Assembly (NCBI GenBank): GCA_041499035.1
Contig: JBGQJK010000004.1
Coordinates: 1-63,686 of the forward strand
Direction of reading: 5' to 3'
Length of the DNA stretch: 63,686 bases
From: Patescibacteria group bacterium
GTDB taxonomy: Bacteria > Patescibacteriota > Microgenomatia > UBA8517
Shown here: piece by piece, positions 35,052 to 43,025 of the stretch
Layout of the letters: every line of letters begins with the position of its first letter
Numbering within the stretch: the stretch's first letter is position 1
The notes under the pieces: model-generated
Seen by the model: the letters and a program-made list of their open reading frames with translations, nothing else
The model's database searches: none
What the model was told of the DNA's origin: nothing
Program-made: the position numbers and the translations under genes

Positions 35052-35548
35052 ATAGCCTTTTGAAGCGCGCTCCCCAAAGACTGGACGAATGCGTCGCTAC
35101 TCGCCGTTGCGCCAGAAACTCCGGCAACCCGGGCGGATTGGGCCTGAATTGCTTCCTGTTTTAAATAAGGCATGGCCTGAGTATTAATTTCTATAGAAGT
35201 CCTGCGGTCGTTGGGATATTGTAGAAAAACTACATCGGTAATTTTTCCTCCGCTTATGATTGCCTGTACCTGAATATTCCCATAAAAGGCGTCAGCAACT
35301 GCCCCAGTATAGCTTCCATCTTTATATTTACCTCTTGGGGTTGCAGTTGGAACTATTGTAGCCAGAGGAGCCGGGGTTGGGCCTGTTGATATAGCCTGCG
35401 GGTTTGGGGTAAATGTTGGTTCTATACCCGAGAGGGCAGGAGATTTAATGGCAACAACGGGAGTTGCTTCCACATCGGTTTTTATATGAATAGAATAAAC
35501 TATAAATACTCCAAGCACAGTTGCCGAGAGCAGGATTTTTTTAATCAT
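35048..35548 (-). CDS. membrane-anchored FMN-binding domain protein (flavinylation substrate)
   Basis: N-terminal TM helix. GKYKDGSYTG... and VAGVSGATASSDAF carry the [S/T]GA[S/T] flavinylation motif of FMN_bind domains. Confidence 0.75.
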   Translation of the reverse strand: MIKKILLSATVLGVFIVYSIHIKTDVEATPVVAIKSPALSGIEPTFTPNPQAISTGPTPAPLATIVPTATPRGKYKDGSYTGAVADAFYGNIQVQAIISGGKITDVVFLQYPNDRRTSIEINTQAMPYLKQEAIQAQSARVAGVSGATASSDAFVQSLGSALQKAI

Positions 35549-35603
35549 AGATATAATAGTATCATCCCTAAACTGAAAATTAACTTAAGTTTAACTAAGG
35601 CTT

Positions 35604-36044
35604 TTAGGGAGTTGTGCTCGGAGAACCTTGAGGCCTGAACATCATGGGGTTTAGCTGAACATTTGTAGCTGTAACGCTGCCGTCTGAATTTGGAGTGCCA
35701 AAAACTGCAACATTTGACCCGGTTTTAAGGTCAGCCTGAGTTGCAGAAGCAGTGTTACTATATGTAGTAGAGCCCGATAGAACAACTATTTTTGAGCTTC
35801 CGTCGGCGAGCTTAACTGTAATAGAACTTGCATCCATCGAAAGGATTGATCCTTGAACCGCCCCGCCTCTTGCTCCACCACCTCTGCCTGTACCTGTGAA
35901 CCTTTGGAAGTTGCCATTTCCCCCGCCAAAGTTGGCTCTGGCCTGATTAAGTTGATAATTGCGGTACTGAATGCCGCCAAAAAACCCGGCTCCAAGCCCA
36001 ACCAAAATGCAGATTATCGAAACAATTACGTTTGTGTTTTTCAC
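35604..36044 (-). CDS. hypothetical anchored protein with Gly/Arg-rich segment and DUF5666-like beta domain
   Basis: GTG start and a TM helix, then GGGNGNFQRFTGTGRGGGARGG, ITVKLADGSSKIVVLSGSTTY and GSNVAVFG...GSVTATNVQL. Confidence 0.45.
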   Translation of the reverse strand: MKNTNVIVSIICILVGLGAGFFGGIQYRNYQLNQARANFGGGNGNFQRFTGTGRGGGARGGAVQGSILSMDASSITVKLADGSSKIVVLSGSTTYSNTASATQADLKTGSNVAVFGTPNSDGSVTATNVQLNPMMFRPQGSPSTTP

Positions 36045-36089
36045 AGTGAGTGTATTCTAGCCTAAGGTACCTGAGAGAAGGCTTAAAAT

Positions 36090-36410
36090 TTATTTGTTCA
36101 ACCTATCTAAAATAGCAATCCTTTCCCAATAAAGTCCCGAAGTTCCCTGATACTCGGAGCCTCTAGCTCTTTCAATTTTTTCCTCAACGGTAGCAAGCAT
36201 TTTCTCCAGCTCGTTTTCACTTTTTGCACTTAATGACTGAATATAAGCCTCACGCTATTCCCTTATATCATCCTCAGAAAAACCGACTTGGGGTGTCTTC
36301 ATTTCACTAAGCGGTTTTCCTGTCTGCAAAAGTTCTTTCCCCTCTCGGATTCTCATCATATGACTTCTTACTATATCGACCACTTGCTGCCCCTTATTCT
36401 TAATTTCCAT
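36090..36410 (-). pseudogene. 107-codon reading frame interrupted by one in-frame TAG (codon 52)
   Basis: The frame runs from ATG at 36410 to TAA at 36090-36092. One in-frame TAG sits on the minus strand at 36255-36257 (...FSEDDIRE*REAYIQSLSAK...). TATAAT (36417-36422) lies 6 nt upstream of the ATG. Both halves are under 60 aa, so neither appears in the ORF track. Confidence 0.35.
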
Positions 36411-36478
36411 AGGTACATTATATCAAACAGCTAAATAATCATGCAGATTTTTGATGAGAGGAGGCTTAAAAAGCACTC

Positions 36479-36504
36479 AACTCCAAATTTCTTAAACGTC
36501 AAAT
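36479..36504. repeat. copy A of 20-25-nt repeated motif (core caaatttctYaaacgtcaaa)
   Basis: aactccaaatttcttaaacgtcaaat abuts the stop codon (36506-36508) of the minus-strand gene 36506-37078. Confidence 0.8.
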
Positions 36505-36505
36505 T

Positions 36506-37078
36506 TTATTTTGAAGATTGGTGTTTACCCAAAAGCACTGCTCCAACGACTGACCAGTTTGCAATCCAAATGTAAAGGGGATAACTTAGTAAAATCCAAT
36601 TAAAAGAGCCAACCGCGAAAGCAGCTACAAGACCGGCTAACCCGGAAAGTATCCATGTACTCATTGTCTCAGTTTCCGGATCCTCGTACGCCTTAAGAAT
36701 AGTAAGAACTGCACCGGCAGAGTCAACAATTATTACTATAAATAGTGCATAGGCAGCTTCCTTTGTAAAAAACCAAATAACTAGACCAAAAAGCGCAACA
36801 ATTAGAGCTTTTATATCTCTTGAGTTTAATCCTCCCGATCCATACTTAAGAGCAAGAATAAAGGTAACCAAAACTCCTAAAGTGTCTATCCCAGTCATCC
36901 AAAGAGAATTTGTGGCGCCTTTTGCCAATTGTGAGAAAAAGGCGATACTTCCTAAAACCGACCAGATAAACCAAGAGGCTCGCTCGGGCTTAGTTTTCTT
37001 ACGTAGAATATCCCGAATGTACGGAAAAACACAAATAAAACCAAGTATTCCGGAAACTATTCCAAGAAGCTCTAACAT
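36506..37078 (-). CDS. integral membrane protein (6 TM), PQ-loop-like N-terminal motif, hypothetical
   Basis: 190 aa, hydrophobic throughout. The N-terminus LGFICVFPYIRDILRKKTKPERASWFIW loosely resembles PQ-loop/SemiSWEET-type helices. Confidence 0.5.
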   Translation of the reverse strand: MLELLGIVSGILGFICVFPYIRDILRKKTKPERASWFIWSVLGSIAFFSQLAKGATNSLWMTGIDTLGVLVTFILALKYGSGGLNSRDIKALIVALFGLVIWFFTKEAAYALFIVIIVDSAGAVLTILKAYEDPETETMSTWILSGLAGLVAAFAVGSFNWILLSYPLYIWIANWSVVGAVLLGKHQSSK

Positions 37079-37102
37079 ATCTGAATTCTAACATTTACAA
37101 GA

Positions 37103-37125
37103 TCAAATTTCTCAAACGTCAAATT
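37103..37125. repeat. copy B of the repeated motif
   Basis: tcaaatttctcaaacgtcaaatt overlaps the stop codon (37124-37126) of 37124-37720. It lies 25 nt upstream of the ATG at 37078. Confidence 0.8.
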
Positions 37126-37720
37126 ATTTTTGCTTTAGAAGAAATTCTACTTTCTTAGGATCTGTGACACTACCGAGTATTTCTATATCTGGATCACGTT
37201 TGTTGGGAACACTTTCATGACCCCGCCTTTTTAGAATATCTGCTAAATGCGCGCTCTGATCTTGCACTTCTATTTCAAAATCTCCAATTCTACCTGGAAC
37301 TGGTTTTGGAAATTTATCTTCAGTATTTACTACAACTTCGCCGTCTAACTTACGAATTTTGTTTAAGTCTAATTGAGGATCATTCACCGTCTCGACAAAA
37401 TAGATGTTTGCACTAAAATCTGAATCATTTATATCGACTTCGGTATAAAACTCTTGTGGTTTGGTTAATATTTTTGCTTTAGGAAAATAGTCAAGAATAA
37501 ACCCATTTAATTTTCTAACAGCATCAGGTTTATTTTCTTTACCATAAATAATCATATCTAAATCGTTATGACTTCTAGTAATTTTACCTAAAAAGAAGTC
37601 CATTCCATATCCGCCCGATACAACAACCCTCCAACTGTTAATTTTGGCGACGCCTATGAGAGATTTCAGAAACACGAAATCTGAATCGGCCTTTTGTTTT
37701 GCAAGATCAGAGTCGGACAT
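37124..37720 (-). CDS. Pol-beta-fold nucleotidyltransferase (ANT(2'')-like / PF10706-like)
   Basis: VVVSGGYGMDFFLGKITRSHNDLDMIIY is a G[GS]-x(n)-D-x-D nucleotidyltransferase signature. ATG at 37720 is preferred over the track's TTG at 37723. Confidence 0.6.
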   Translation of the reverse strand: MSDSDLAKQKADSDFVFLKSLIGVAKINSWRVVVSGGYGMDFFLGKITRSHNDLDMIIYGKENKPDAVRKLNGFILDYFPKAKILTKPQEFYTEVDINDSDFSANIYFVETVNDPQLDLNKIRKLDGEVVVNTEDKFPKPVPGRIGDFEIEVQDQSAHLADILKRRGHESVPNKRDPDIEILGSVTDPKKVEFLLKQK

Positions 37721-37740
37721 CAAGCAATTATATTATAAAC

Positions 37741-37765
37741 AACTCCAAATTTCTCAAACGTCAAA
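37741..37765. repeat. copy C of the repeated motif
   Basis: aactccaaatttctcaaacgtcaaa is 24/25 identical to copy A. It lies in the divergent intergenic region between 37720 and 37820. Confidence 0.8.
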
Positions 37766-37819
37766 CACTGATATCTTTAGACACCTTGAAAATTTCGATG
37801 AAAAGAGATAATTTAAGGT

Positions 37820-38020
37820 ATGCTTACAAAAACTGACCTTCATGAAATAGGTAAAATAGTTAAGGGTTCCGAGGTTAGAGTCAAAAAGGAATTAGGAGCA
37901 AAGATAACCAAAGTCCAGAATAAGCTCGAAGAGATGGACAAATTTTTAGATAAGGAGATAATGGCTGATAGGAAAAGAATAGTAAGGATAGAAGAAAATC
38001 TGAATTTCCCTGAGAACTAA
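37820..38020 (+). CDS. small coiled-coil protein, hypothetical
   Basis: 66-aa ORF. TTGAAA (37786-37791), 17 nt, then TAATTT (37809-37814) ends only 5 nt before the ATG, a leaderless-type arrangement. Confidence 0.35.
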   Translation: MLTKTDLHEIGKIVKGSEVRVKKELGAKITKVQNKLEEMDKFLDKEIMADRKRIVRIEENLNFPEN

Positions 38021-38024
38021 TAAT

Positions 38025-39248
38025 TTATTCGTAGCGTAGTGCTTCAATGGGTTGAAGATCGCTGGCTTTTTTGGCAGGATACCAGCCGAAGAGGATGCCG
38101 ATTGCTCCGGATACGCCAATGGCTAGAGCAATCGCGCCCGGCGAAACCGCAAAAGGCAGACTTATGATTTTTGAAATAATATAACTTGCTAAAATGCCGA
38201 TAGCCATGCCGATTACTCCCCCAGCAAAAGTTAAAATAATTGCCTCAATTAAAAACTGGGAAATAATATCTTTCTTTTTTGCACCCAAGGCTTTCCTAAG
38301 TCCAATTTCGCGGGTTCTTTCCGTAACCGTAACCAACATGATGTTCATAATTCCTATTCCTCCAACGATAAGCGAAATTGCAGCGATGCCGGAAAGAAGC
38401 GCCGTAAATGTTCCGGTTACACTACTAGCGGTATTTAGGATATCGTTCTGGGAAAAAATCGTAAAATCGGCATTGGCAGGACTTGAAATTTTATGACGGT
38501 CGAGTAGTAAATAACCGACTTCATCTTCCGCCGCCGTCATAACATCTGCACTTTTTGCCTCAACTGAAATTGTAGATAGACTTGTTGCCCCGAATAAAAC
38601 TTTTTGTGCGGTTGAAAGAGGAACAAAAATAATATCGTCCTGGTTGGTAAAACCCGTTCCGCCTTTACTTACGGTTACTCCGATAATCCTGAATGACTGG
38701 CCCTGGATTCTAATATTTTGTCCTATTACATTTGCCCCCTCGCTAAAAAGATCAGTTACAACAGTGGGGCCTACTACCGCGACTTTTGCAAGCGAATCGT
38801 TATCGCGTTGGGACAAGAAGGAGCCGGAAGCAATCGAAATTTTATGAATTGATTGGTAAGCCGGCGTTGCCCCGACTATTTGCGTATTGGTATTTTTACT
38901 ACCGGTAGTCACCTGAGCACGTCTTTGATATTCGGGGGAAACCGCGGAGACATTTGTTACTTGAGAAGACGAACTTATAGCAGCAGCATCGTCCAGTGTT
39001 AAAGTTGTAGCACTTCCCGCACCTCCCTGAATAAATCCACCCCTTTGGGAACCCGGCGTAATTGTTAATAAATTTGCGCCAAGGGATTGGATCTGATTAG
39101 AAACTGCGGCTTGTGAGCCCTCACCCAGAGCCACCAAGGCAATGACGCTGCCGATACCGATTATTATGCCAAGCATGGCAAGCCCCGTCCTGAGTTTATT
39201 AATGCTTAGGGTTCTGACTGCTTCTTCTACAATTTCGATATAATCCAT
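38025..39248 (-). CDS. MacB-type ABC transporter permease (MacB_PCD + FtsX domain), module 1
   Basis: N-terminal TM, a ~230-aa extracytoplasmic domain, then three TMs with TERTREIGLRKALGAKKKDI (FtsX-family signature). Confidence 0.85.
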   Translation of the reverse strand: MDYIEIVEEAVRTLSINKLRTGLAMLGIIIGIGSVIALVALGEGSQAAVSNQIQSLGANLLTITPGSQRGGFIQGGAGSATTLTLDDAAAISSSSQVTNVSAVSPEYQRRAQVTTGSKNTNTQIVGATPAYQSIHKISIASGSFLSQRDNDSLAKVAVVGPTVVTDLFSEGANVIGQNIRIQGQSFRIIGVTVSKGGTGFTNQDDIIFVPLSTAQKVLFGATSLSTISVEAKSADVMTAAEDEVGYLLLDRHKISSPANADFTIFSQNDILNTASSVTGTFTALLSGIAAISLIVGGIGIMNIMLVTVTERTREIGLRKALGAKKKDIISQFLIEAIILTFAGGVIGMAIGILASYIISKIISLPFAVSPGAIALAIGVSGAIGILFGWYPAKKASDLQPIEALRYE

Positions 39249-39253
39249 AACTT

Positions 39254-39964
39254 TTAATTTTTATGTACAATATTTTGTCTGTGTCCGTTGCCGTCTTCTA
39301 CAATTTTTCCGTCTCTGATGTGAATAATGCGTTTTGCGTGTTCGGCAATATCGGGTTCGTGAGTGATCATAATAATAGTGTGGCCTTCTTCGTTTAACTT
39401 TTGGAAAATAGTCATTATTTCTTCGGCTTGGCTACTGGCAATGTTGCCCGTCGGCTCATCCGCAAGAATTATTGCAGGGTTAAGGACTAATGCCCGGGCA
39501 ATTGCAACCCTTTGCTGTTGACCCCCGGAAAGCTGGGATGACGTGTGATCCATCCGGTCGCTTAAGCCCACCATTTTTAAATATTTTGTAGCCAAGGGAA
39601 TTCTTTCTTCTTTTGGAGTTGCGTCATACATCATTGGGATCATGACATTTTTTAAAGCCGAAGTCCGCGGTAGAAGGTTAAATGCCTGGAAAACAAATCC
39701 GATTTTTTTATTCCGGATTTCCGCCAATTCGTCGTCGTTTAATTTAGCAACTTCCGATCCGTCCAGAATATAGCTGCCCGATGTTGGGGTATCGAGGGCG
39801 CCAAGAATGTGCATTAAGGTGGATTTGCCGCTTCCCGATGGGCCCATTATGGCTACAAATTCTCCTTTTTTTATGTCAAAGGAAACGTCATCCAGGGCCA
39901 CCGTTTCAACCTCGCCCGTATTATAAATTTTACTGATGTGGGAAACCGAAATAATTGGGGCCAT
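39254..39964 (-). CDS. ABC transporter ATP-binding protein (MacB/LolD-like), module 1
   Basis: Walker [10 protein letters not shown], signature LSGGQQQR, Walker B ILADEPTG, and the H-loop ITHE. Confidence 0.9.
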   Translation of the reverse strand: MAPIISVSHISKIYNTGEVETVALDDVSFDIKKGEFVAIMGPSGSGKSTLMHILGALDTPTSGSYILDGSEVAKLNDDELAEIRNKKIGFVFQAFNLLPRTSALKNVMIPMMYDATPKEERIPLATKYLKMVGLSDRMDHTSSQLSGGQQQRVAIARALVLNPAIILADEPTGNIASSQAEEIMTIFQKLNEEGHTIIMITHEPDIAEHAKRIIHIRDGKIVEDGNGHRQNIVHKN

Positions 39965-39966
39965 GA

Positions 39967-41241
39967 TTACCTCCCTCCGCCGCCTGTAAATACACGCACA
40001 TTACCTCCGCCGCCGCCAAAGCCTCCACTAAATACCGACCTGGTGTTACCTGAGGTGGTTGTTGCGGCAGAAGTTGTTCCCGTTATTACAGAAGCGCCTT
40101 CAGTTAAACCCGATGTAATTTCTGTATCGGTATCGGATGAAATGCCGGTTTCTACATTAACATCAACTTCTTTCCCGTTGACTAGGGTTTTGGCGATTGT
40201 CGCTCCGTTTTGGGTAGCAAGCGCAGTTGACGGGACCATTAAGACGTCTGTTTTTGTTTGCAGGATTATCTTTGCAGTTGCTGCCATGTTCGGTAGTATC
40301 GAGTCGCTTCCGCTATCGAGTTTAATGTTGGCGCCGTAGCTTGTAACGTTAGACGAAACCGTTCCGACCCTGTCCACCGTCGCAACGGCTCCGATAAAAG
40401 TTTTGTCGGGAATGGAGTCCAGGGTAACCGTAACTTTTTGCCCGACTTTAACATTCGGAACGTCTACTTCGCTTAAGCTGATATTAATAACGGGAAGAGA
40501 ATCGCCTTTGATTACAGCCACTCTTTGTGAATTTATATTTGTGGTAGAAGTCGAACCGGAAAGTACCATTCCTTCAACAAGACCGACACTTCCTACCACA
40601 CCGGAAAACGGAGCAGTAATAGTCGGGGAGGTTAGACGATAACTATATGCGGATGATGTAAGATTTGCTTGGGCCTGGATTGTTCCGTCATATGCGTTGT
40701 CGTTGGAAACCTGGGCTTTGGTTCTTGTATCTTTTTGGGCTAAAGTCTCATCCGTGTCATGACCTTTAAGTTGTTCCAGAATATTTGCAACCGATGCTTG
40801 GCTTGCGCGGTAGTTGTTGTTGGCGGAGTTGAGTCCGTTTTGGGCCGAAACCAAACTGGCATAGGCTTTTGCGTTAGCAAGGGTTCCATCGGAATCGAGG
40901 GTAATATCGGCAAGCCGCTGGCCTGCAAAAACTTTATCGCCGTCTTTTACATAAACTTTTTTAACAACCCCGGAAGCCTGGGTATTAATTGAGAGTGTAT
41001 TGGTTGTTAAAACTTTACCCGAGGCAGAAATCGTGGAAACAATCGTGCCTTTTTGTACAGTTGAAGTTTGATATGTGACAGCACCGGACGCGGCCGATCT
41101 CATTCTCCAAAGCCCGACGATTAGTATTGCAAGGAGGACAATAGCACCAATAAGCCTCTTTTTGTCAGCAGTAAGCCACGCCCAAAATTTTTGGAGCATA
41201 TTCTTCTGAACTTCAGGTTCTTTAATAATCTTTATAGCCAT
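39967..41241 (-). CDS. HlyD/MacA-family periplasmic adaptor (membrane fusion protein) with Gly-rich C-terminal tail, module 1
   Basis: N-terminal TM, lipoyl-like VKKVYVKDGDKVFAGQRLADI, a coiled-coil segment, ITAPFSGVV, beta-barrel blocks, and the tail FSGGFGGGGGNVRVFTGGGGR. Confidence 0.8.
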   Translation of the reverse strand: MAIKIIKEPEVQKNMLQKFWAWLTADKKRLIGAIVLLAILIVGLWRMRSAASGAVTYQTSTVQKGTIVSTISASGKVLTTNTLSINTQASGVVKKVYVKDGDKVFAGQRLADITLDSDGTLANAKAYASLVSAQNGLNSANNNYRASQASVANILEQLKGHDTDETLAQKDTRTKAQVSNDNAYDGTIQAQANLTSSAYSYRLTSPTITAPFSGVVGSVGLVEGMVLSGSTSTTNINSQRVAVIKGDSLPVINISLSEVDVPNVKVGQKVTVTLDSIPDKTFIGAVATVDRVGTVSSNVTSYGANIKLDSGSDSILPNMAATAKIILQTKTDVLMVPSTALATQNGATIAKTLVNGKEVDVNVETGISSDTDTEITSGLTEGASVITGTTSAATTTSGNTRSVFSGGFGGGGGNVRVFTGGGGR

Positions 41242-41275
41242 ATTTGAACTTTATGTGTGAAATCTGAAACTACGC

Positions 41276-42286
41276 TTAGAAGGACAGAGTAAACGTTGAG
41301 CCTTTCCCTAACTTACTCTCCACTTTTATTCTGGCTCTGTGGGCAGTGGCAATCGATTTGGCAATTGAAAGACCGAGTCCGTAACCGTCGGCATCTACTT
41401 TTGATCGCGAACTGTCAGCGCGATAAAATCTATCAAAAATATGGAGAATGTCTGCTTGGGAAATTCCCACCCCATGATCAGTTACTGTCAGGGATTTACC
41501 CGCCGTTTTAATCTCAACTTTCCCGTCTTTTTTACTATATTTAACGGCATTATCCAAAAGAATTATTGTTAATTCCGTTAAAGATTCCCCGTTGCCACGA
41601 ACCTTTACGCTTTCCAGTTCTTCGGTGATCTTAACTTTTGACGCTACGGCAAGCGGGGTAACTTTATCAATAGCATCGAGGGCAATAGTTTTTAAGTCAA
41701 CGCCCTTAAAATCAAGTTTCGCACTATCGTCCTCTGATTTATTAAGCTTAAGGAGGTAGTTACTTAACTTATTCATTTTCTTAACCTCTTCCAAGTTGCT
41801 TGCCAAAAGTTTCCGCGCGCTTCCTAACGTAATTTTCTTGTCGCGCATGGCCACCTCAATCTCCGTCATCAGGGAAGTTAGTGGCGTGCGGAGTTCGTGA
41901 GAAGCGTTACCTACGAATTTTCTTTGGTCATCAACCATGTTTTTTATGGGGTCAAGAGTGAGGCCTGCCAAAAAATATCCTCCAAGTCCGGAAAGAATTA
42001 ATATACTTAAGTTTATAAGTCCGAGTGTTAAAATTATCCTTGCTCTGGCTTCATTAATCGCGTCTGTATCGGGAACGGGGGAGACGTTCATCGAAATTGG
42101 ATAACCATGGAGTATTCCTAGAATTCTGGTTCTTTGAAAATTTTCAATTCTGACTAGCTCCCTGTTTACTCCAACATAAATCACGCCGCTAAAAGACAAA
42201 CTGATTGTCATAATAATGGCCAGGTACCAGGCGGTGAGTTTTATGCGGGCTTGCCTAAACATTTTATGCTTGTATTTTGTATCCAA
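41276..42286 (-). CDS. sensor histidine kinase
   Basis: Two TM helices with a short loop. The HisKA H-box is ASHELRTPLTSL. HATPase_c N/G boxes are LLDNAVKYS, DHGVGI and GYGLGLSIA. Confidence 0.85.
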   Translation of the reverse strand: MDTKYKHKMFRQARIKLTAWYLAIIMTISLSFSGVIYVGVNRELVRIENFQRTRILGILHGYPISMNVSPVPDTDAINEARARIILTLGLINLSILILSGLGGYFLAGLTLDPIKNMVDDQRKFVGNASHELRTPLTSLMTEIEVAMRDKKITLGSARKLLASNLEEVKKMNKLSNYLLKLNKSEDDSAKLDFKGVDLKTIALDAIDKVTPLAVASKVKITEELESVKVRGNGESLTELTIILLDNAVKYSKKDGKVEIKTAGKSLTVTDHGVGISQADILHIFDRFYRADSSRSKVDADGYGLGLSIAKSIATAHRARIKVESKLGKGSTFTLSF

Positions 42287-42938
42287 AACCGCGAACCGTC
42301 TGAATTAAATTTGTTTTTGATGGATAGGAGCGGTCAATTTTGTTGCGAAGGTAGCCGATAAAGACTTCTACCGTATTGGGTAGGATGTCTGCCTCATAAT
42401 CCCAAACGCTGGCGATTATCTGCTCTTTGGTTACAACTTTACCTTTATGCCGCAGAAGATATTCCAGAAGCGAAAACTCTTTTTTGGAAAGAGTAATCTC
42501 CCTCTCCTCGCGCTTCACTGAAAAGTTGACTGTATCTAAAGCGAGGTCGCCGGAGACAAGCATAGTTCCTATATCTTCTTTTGGTCTACGGCTCAGTGCC
42601 TTAATCCGAGCCACAAGTTCTGCAAACGCAAAAGGTTTAACCAAATAGTCGTCCGCTCCGGAATTTAAACCATTCACTTTATCATTTACCTCTCCTCTCG
42701 CCGTCAAAATCAAAATCGGAGTGTGGTTGCCCTCTGCCCTGAGTTTTTTGCAAATCATCATGCCGTCCATTTTCGGAAGCATCAAATCAAGTACTATTAC
42801 CCCATAACTTTCACTGGAAGCCAAATCATAACCTTGCTCGCCGTCATAGGCAACATCCACCGCATAGCCTTCCTGTTCCAAGCCGCGCTTAATTGAATTG
42901 GCAATTTTGTGTTCGTCTTCCACTACCAGAATCCGCAT
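42264..42938 (-). CDS. OmpR-family response regulator
   Basis: Receiver domain motifs MRILVVEDE...VLDLMLP...KPF, plus a winged-helix output (LTKKEFSLLEYL...VRGFGY). Confidence 0.9.
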   Translation of the reverse strand: MRILVVEDEHKIANSIKRGLEQEGYAVDVAYDGEQGYDLASSESYGVIVLDLMLPKMDGMMICKKLRAEGNHTPILILTARGEVNDKVNGLNSGADDYLVKPFAFAELVARIKALSRRPKEDIGTMLVSGDLALDTVNFSVKREEREITLSKKEFSLLEYLLRHKGKVVTKEQIIASVWDYEADILPNTVEVFIGYLRNKIDRSYPSKTNLIQTVRGFGYKIQA

Positions 42939-42988
42939 ATTGAGGCCATATTATACTATTTTTGCTGAAAATAAGCTGAGAGAGCTTG

Positions 42989-43015
42989 CCCCGACACCAA
43001 AATTTGGTGTGGGGG
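42989..43015 (+). promoter_or_regulatory. GC-rich imperfect inverted repeat that can pair with the SD of 43026-43595
   Basis: ccccgacacc aaaattt ggtgtggggg has arms of 5+4 bp with one mismatch. The right arm GGGGG(TG) at 43011-43017 is the only SD-like sequence, 8 nt from the ATG at 43026. Confidence 0.35.
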
Positions 43016-43025
43016 TGTACCCCAT

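Noticed and set aside
37786-37799. A 14-nt exact match, TTGAAAATTTCGAT, shared between 37786-37799 and 53093-53106, both upstream of small plus-strand ORFs.
   Set aside because: In an AT-rich 64-kb window, several exact 14-mer coincidences are expected by chance, and there is no third copy or flanking similarity.
42989-43015. The GC-rich inverted repeat as a transcription terminator.
   Set aside because: No T-tract follows it, and it lies between divergent gene starts, not at a 3' end.
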